Shown here piece by piece: positions 61,025-64,000 of a stretch of DNA of 64,000 nucleotides (positions are counted from its first letter, which is position 1; each line of letters opens with the position of its first letter). A program made the translations under genes and the position numbers. Source of the stretch: an uncultured Gammaproteobacteria bacterium (lineage in GTDB: Bacteria > Patescibacteriota > Patescibacteriia > UBA1558 > GWA2-36-10). Where the stretch lies: positions 329-64,328 of the forward strand of contig CAZWIT010000001.1 in assembly GCA_964633905.1 (NCBI GenBank). Direction: 5' to 3'. The notes below the pieces were generated by a model. That model had not been told where the DNA came from. It made no database searches and saw nothing but the letters and a program-made list of their open reading frames with translations.

Positions 61025-61056
61025 TTATTTAAAAAATATCTTTGCTTGTCATAAAG

Positions 61057-62085
61057 ATGTTTCGTTATCATAAAATTTATTTAGCAATAACTGTCATAGT
61101 AGTGGCAGTTATTTTATTACTTATTGGTTTAAGCCGCGGTTTAAGGCCTCGTAAATTAATAAATACTAACGATAATCAGGTAGTGGCTAGCTCTACTGCT
61201 AGTATTATCCACCCTTTAACAGGTATTGTGGAAACAGATTTTGCTCCATTTTTTCCAGTCGCTGTGATGATAGATAATGCTTATAACATCAGACCGCAAA
61301 CTGGACTAGAACAAGCTGATATTATTTATGAAGCTCTAGCGGAAAGTCATATTACTAGACTGCTAGCTATTTTTGATAGTCAAAAAATTGTTGAAAAAGT
61401 AGGACCAATTCGTTCAGCTCGCCCTTATTTTATGGATTGGGCAGAGGAGTATGCTGGCATCTATATGCACGTTGGCGGTAGTCCACAAGCTTTGAGTAAA
61501 ATTCAAGATTATAATTTTACTAATATTGATCAGATTGGTGCTGGAGAAATTTATTTTTGGCGTGATCAAAAATTAAAAGCGCCTAGTAATGTTTTTACTT
61601 CTAATGCTAACTGGCTCAGAGCTGGAGAGATGAAAACAGTAAAAAAAATTAGCACTAGTTCTAGTGCTTTGGCTTGGAATTTTGTAGCTCCAGCGGCCAC
61701 TACTACAGTAGCCAAGCAACAAATCGGTATTGATTATTCAGTTGATTTTTATAAAGTAGAGTGGCGTTATAGTGATACAATAGGTGCCTATCAACGTTGG
61801 CAAAATAATGAAAAATTTATTTATAATAATGGCGAGCAAGCTTTAGCTCATAATGTTGTTATCCAAGTAGCTCCTTCTAGTTTAGTTGATACGGAAAGAA
61901 GGAGTATTAATACTACTAAAGGTGGTAAGGTTTTTATCTTTAATAGTTTAGGCAGGCAAGAAGGACAATGGAAATATATTGATGGACGAACTAGATTTAT
62001 GTCGGAAGATGGTAATGAATTAAAATTAGTATCAGGCAAAAGCTGGATACAAATCGTAGATAATTTAGAACAAATAAAATTTTAA
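61057..62085 (+). CDS. DUF3048 family protein
   Basis: HPLTG, AVMIDN..RPQTGL..ADIIYE..E..ITR, GPIRSARPYF. Confidence 0.9.
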   Translation: MFRYHKIYLAITVIVVAVILLLIGLSRGLRPRKLINTNDNQVVASSTASIIHPLTGIVETDFAPFFPVAVMIDNAYNIRPQTGLEQADIIYEALAESHITRLLAIFDSQKIVEKVGPIRSARPYFMDWAEEYAGIYMHVGGSPQALSKIQDYNFTNIDQIGAGEIYFWRDQKLKAPSNVFTSNANWLRAGEMKTVKKISTSSSALAWNFVAPAATTTVAKQQIGIDYSVDFYKVEWRYSDTIGAYQRWQNNEKFIYNNGEQALAHNVVIQVAPSSLVDTERRSINTTKGGKVFIFNSLGRQEGQWKYIDGRTRFMSEDGNELKLVSGKSWIQIVDNLEQIKF

Positions 62086-62918
62086 CAATTTTGAATTAGT
62101 ACCACGCGGTCTTGACTGGCAAGATCGGTTAAAATATTTACTCGGGCAGAGGGTAAATATTTTTTTATTACTTTTTTAATTTCACTTGATTGCTGCGGGT
62201 CAATTTCCAGTATTATTAAATAATCTTTAGCTAAATAATTATCTATATTATGGAGCAACTGACGATAGTAGATTAAACCATCTTTACCACCATAAAGAGC
62301 AGACCGAGGCTCTTTTTTAATACTTGGTTCTTTTAGTTGGTTTTTAGTTAAATAAGGCAGGTTAGCTAGTACTAAATTAAATTTTTGAGGAGGAATATTT
62401 TTTAGTAAATTACTTCTTTTAAAATTTATTTTATTTTTTAAACCAAGTTTACGAGCATTGGTACGGGCTGTTTTTAAAGCCTGTCCAGAAATATCAACCG
62501 CTGTATAATTTGCTTGAGCTTGGTAATTTTTAGCTAAACTTAAAATTAAACAGCCAGAGCCAGTGCCAATATCGATAATTTTAGGTGATTTTATGGCTTG
62601 TTTATTTAAGTATTCTAAAGCAGTACTTACTAATAATTCACTCTCAGGGCGAGGGATTAAGGTATGTTTAGTTACTAAAAATTTTAAACCAAAAAAATAT
62701 TTGCTTTTTGCTAAATGAGCAATTGACCAGCCGTTTAAATGCTTAAGTAGCATTTTTTTAAAAGCTTTAACTTGCTCGCTGTTTAATTGTTTAGTGTTAT
62801 TTTTATAAAGATAGTCAGGGGAGCGATGCAAACTAATACTTAAAATTAAATCTATATCTCCAGCTCCGAGATGGGGATAGCTTAAATAATTTTCTTGTAA
62901 AAGTTTTTTAATAGTCAT
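62082..62918 (-). CDS. prmC: Release factor glutamine methyltransferase
   Basis: LIPRPESE, DIGTGSG, ANLPY, EP..ALYGG.DGL. Confidence 0.95.
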   Translation of the reverse strand: MTIKKLLQENYLSYPHLGAGDIDLILSISLHRSPDYLYKNNTKQLNSEQVKAFKKMLLKHLNGWSIAHLAKSKYFFGLKFLVTKHTLIPRPESELLVSTALEYLNKQAIKSPKIIDIGTGSGCLILSLAKNYQAQANYTAVDISGQALKTARTNARKLGLKNKINFKRSNLLKNIPPQKFNLVLANLPYLTKNQLKEPSIKKEPRSALYGGKDGLIYYRQLLHNIDNYLAKDYLIILEIDPQQSSEIKKVIKKYLPSARVNILTDLASQDRVVLIQNC

Positions 62919-62920
62919 GA

Positions 62921-63973
62921 TTAAGCGCTAGCTTTGGAAGCTGTTTGCAAAGCGGAAATAATTGGTGATAAATCACCATCTAAAATTTTAGGCATATTGT
63001 GCAGAGTCAAATGAATACGGTGATCAGTTACTCTATCTTGAGGATAATTATAGGTACGGATTTTTTCACTACGGTCACCAGAGCCGACTTGGTTTTTACG
63101 ACTTGCTGCTAGTTTTGCATGTTCGGCTTCTTCCATTTGAGCAAGTACGCGAGAACGTAAAACAGCCATAGCCTTTTCTTTATTTTGGCCTTGAGATTTT
63201 TCATCTTGGCAAGAAACAACAGTGCCAGTTGGTAAATGGGTTATTCGGACCGCTGATTTGGTGGTATTTACTGATTGGCCACCATGTCCAGAAGCGCAAA
63301 AAGTATCAATGCGAATATCTTTGGGTTCGATTACCAAGTCTACTTCTTCAGCTTCAGGCATGACCGCAACAGTTGCGGCTGAAGTGTGAACTCGGCCAGC
63401 TTTTTCAGTTTCAGGAACTCTTTGGACACGGTGAACGCCACTTTCGAATTTAAGATTTTTATAAACCTTATCACCAGTGATTTCTAAAATAATTTCTTTA
63501 AAGCCACCTAAACCAGTACGGTTAACAGACAAGGTTTTTGCCTGCCAAGATTGTTTTTCGGCAAAGCGTGTATACATGCGATAAAGTTCAGCGGCAAATA
63601 AAGCTGATTCTTCGCCCCCGGTACCGGCTCTAATTTCTAAAATTACATTTCTTTTATCATTAGGATCAGCGGGGTGTATTAGATCTTCATAATCAGTTTT
63701 ATTTTGAGTAAGGATGACTTCTAGGTTTTTGATTTCTTCTTCGGTAAGACTAATCATCTCAGGGTCAGCTTCGGTTTTTAGACTTTGTTTTAAACTGCTA
63801 ATTTCCGCTTCGGTTTTAGTAATATTTTCTGCCAAATTTAAAATCTGCTTGGCTTCATTGTATTTTTTACCAAGTTCGGCCATTTTTTTAGAATTAGCAA
63901 GATTTTCTGAAGCTTGCATTTGTTCTTCTAATTCGGCCACTATTTTTTTCATTTTTATGATAGTGTCTTCCAT
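62921..63973 (-). CDS. prfA: Peptide chain release factor 1
   Basis: [24 protein letters not shown] (PxT), [18 protein letters not shown]. Confidence 0.97.
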   Translation of the reverse strand: MEDTIIKMKKIVAELEEQMQASENLANSKKMAELGKKYNEAKQILNLAENITKTEAEISSLKQSLKTEADPEMISLTEEEIKNLEVILTQNKTDYEDLIHPADPNDKRNVILEIRAGTGGEESALFAAELYRMYTRFAEKQSWQAKTLSVNRTGLGGFKEIILEITGDKVYKNLKFESGVHRVQRVPETEKAGRVHTSAATVAVMPEAEEVDLVIEPKDIRIDTFCASGHGGQSVNTTKSAVRITHLPTGTVVSCQDEKSQGQNKEKAMAVLRSRVLAQMEEAEHAKLAASRKNQVGSGDRSEKIRTYNYPQDRVTDHRIHLTLHNMPKILDGDLSPIISALQTASKASA

Positions 63974-64000
63974 ATATATATTATATCAAAATTTAAGCTA

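Overview
AT-rich bacterial chromosome segment read with the standard genetic code. It looks like Patescibacteria/CPR (Parcubacteria-like); this is inferred from gene content, the GWAW..GWI surface protein and the general absence of Shine-Dalgarno sites. It contains comF, clpC, htpX and lemA, two secreted proteins (one 1135 aa and Cys-rich), a full type IV pilus cluster (pilMNO, pilB, receiver protein, degenerate pilT, pilC, three major-type pilins, pilD, minor pilins), ligA, gatCA, dsbA, lgt, tRNA-Ser, tRNA-Asp, infC-rpmI-rplT, tmRNA with smpB, mfd, a dTTP-supply operon (HIT, dCMP deaminase, kinase, ThyX, dut, tmk), gatB, a DUF559 nuclease, miaA, miaB, guaB, T-box/thrS, dnaE, rodA, rplY, prmC and prfA. 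No CRISPR array, transposase, integrase or rRNA was seen. The most notable unexplained signals are: (1) four dispersed elements in which an ACCCCGTNAAA-TA-TTTNACGGGGT palindrome is split at its central TA by unrelated TA-bounded hairpins, with compensatory base changes; (2) GC-rich stand-alone mini-transcription units missed by the ORF track (a structured RNA, a signal-peptide-like mini-gene, a 55-aa gene); (3) a PilT with broken ATPase motifs; (4) a second hairpin family next to the DUF559 nuclease and thrS; (5) a compact T-box leader. All calls were made by eye, without database searches.
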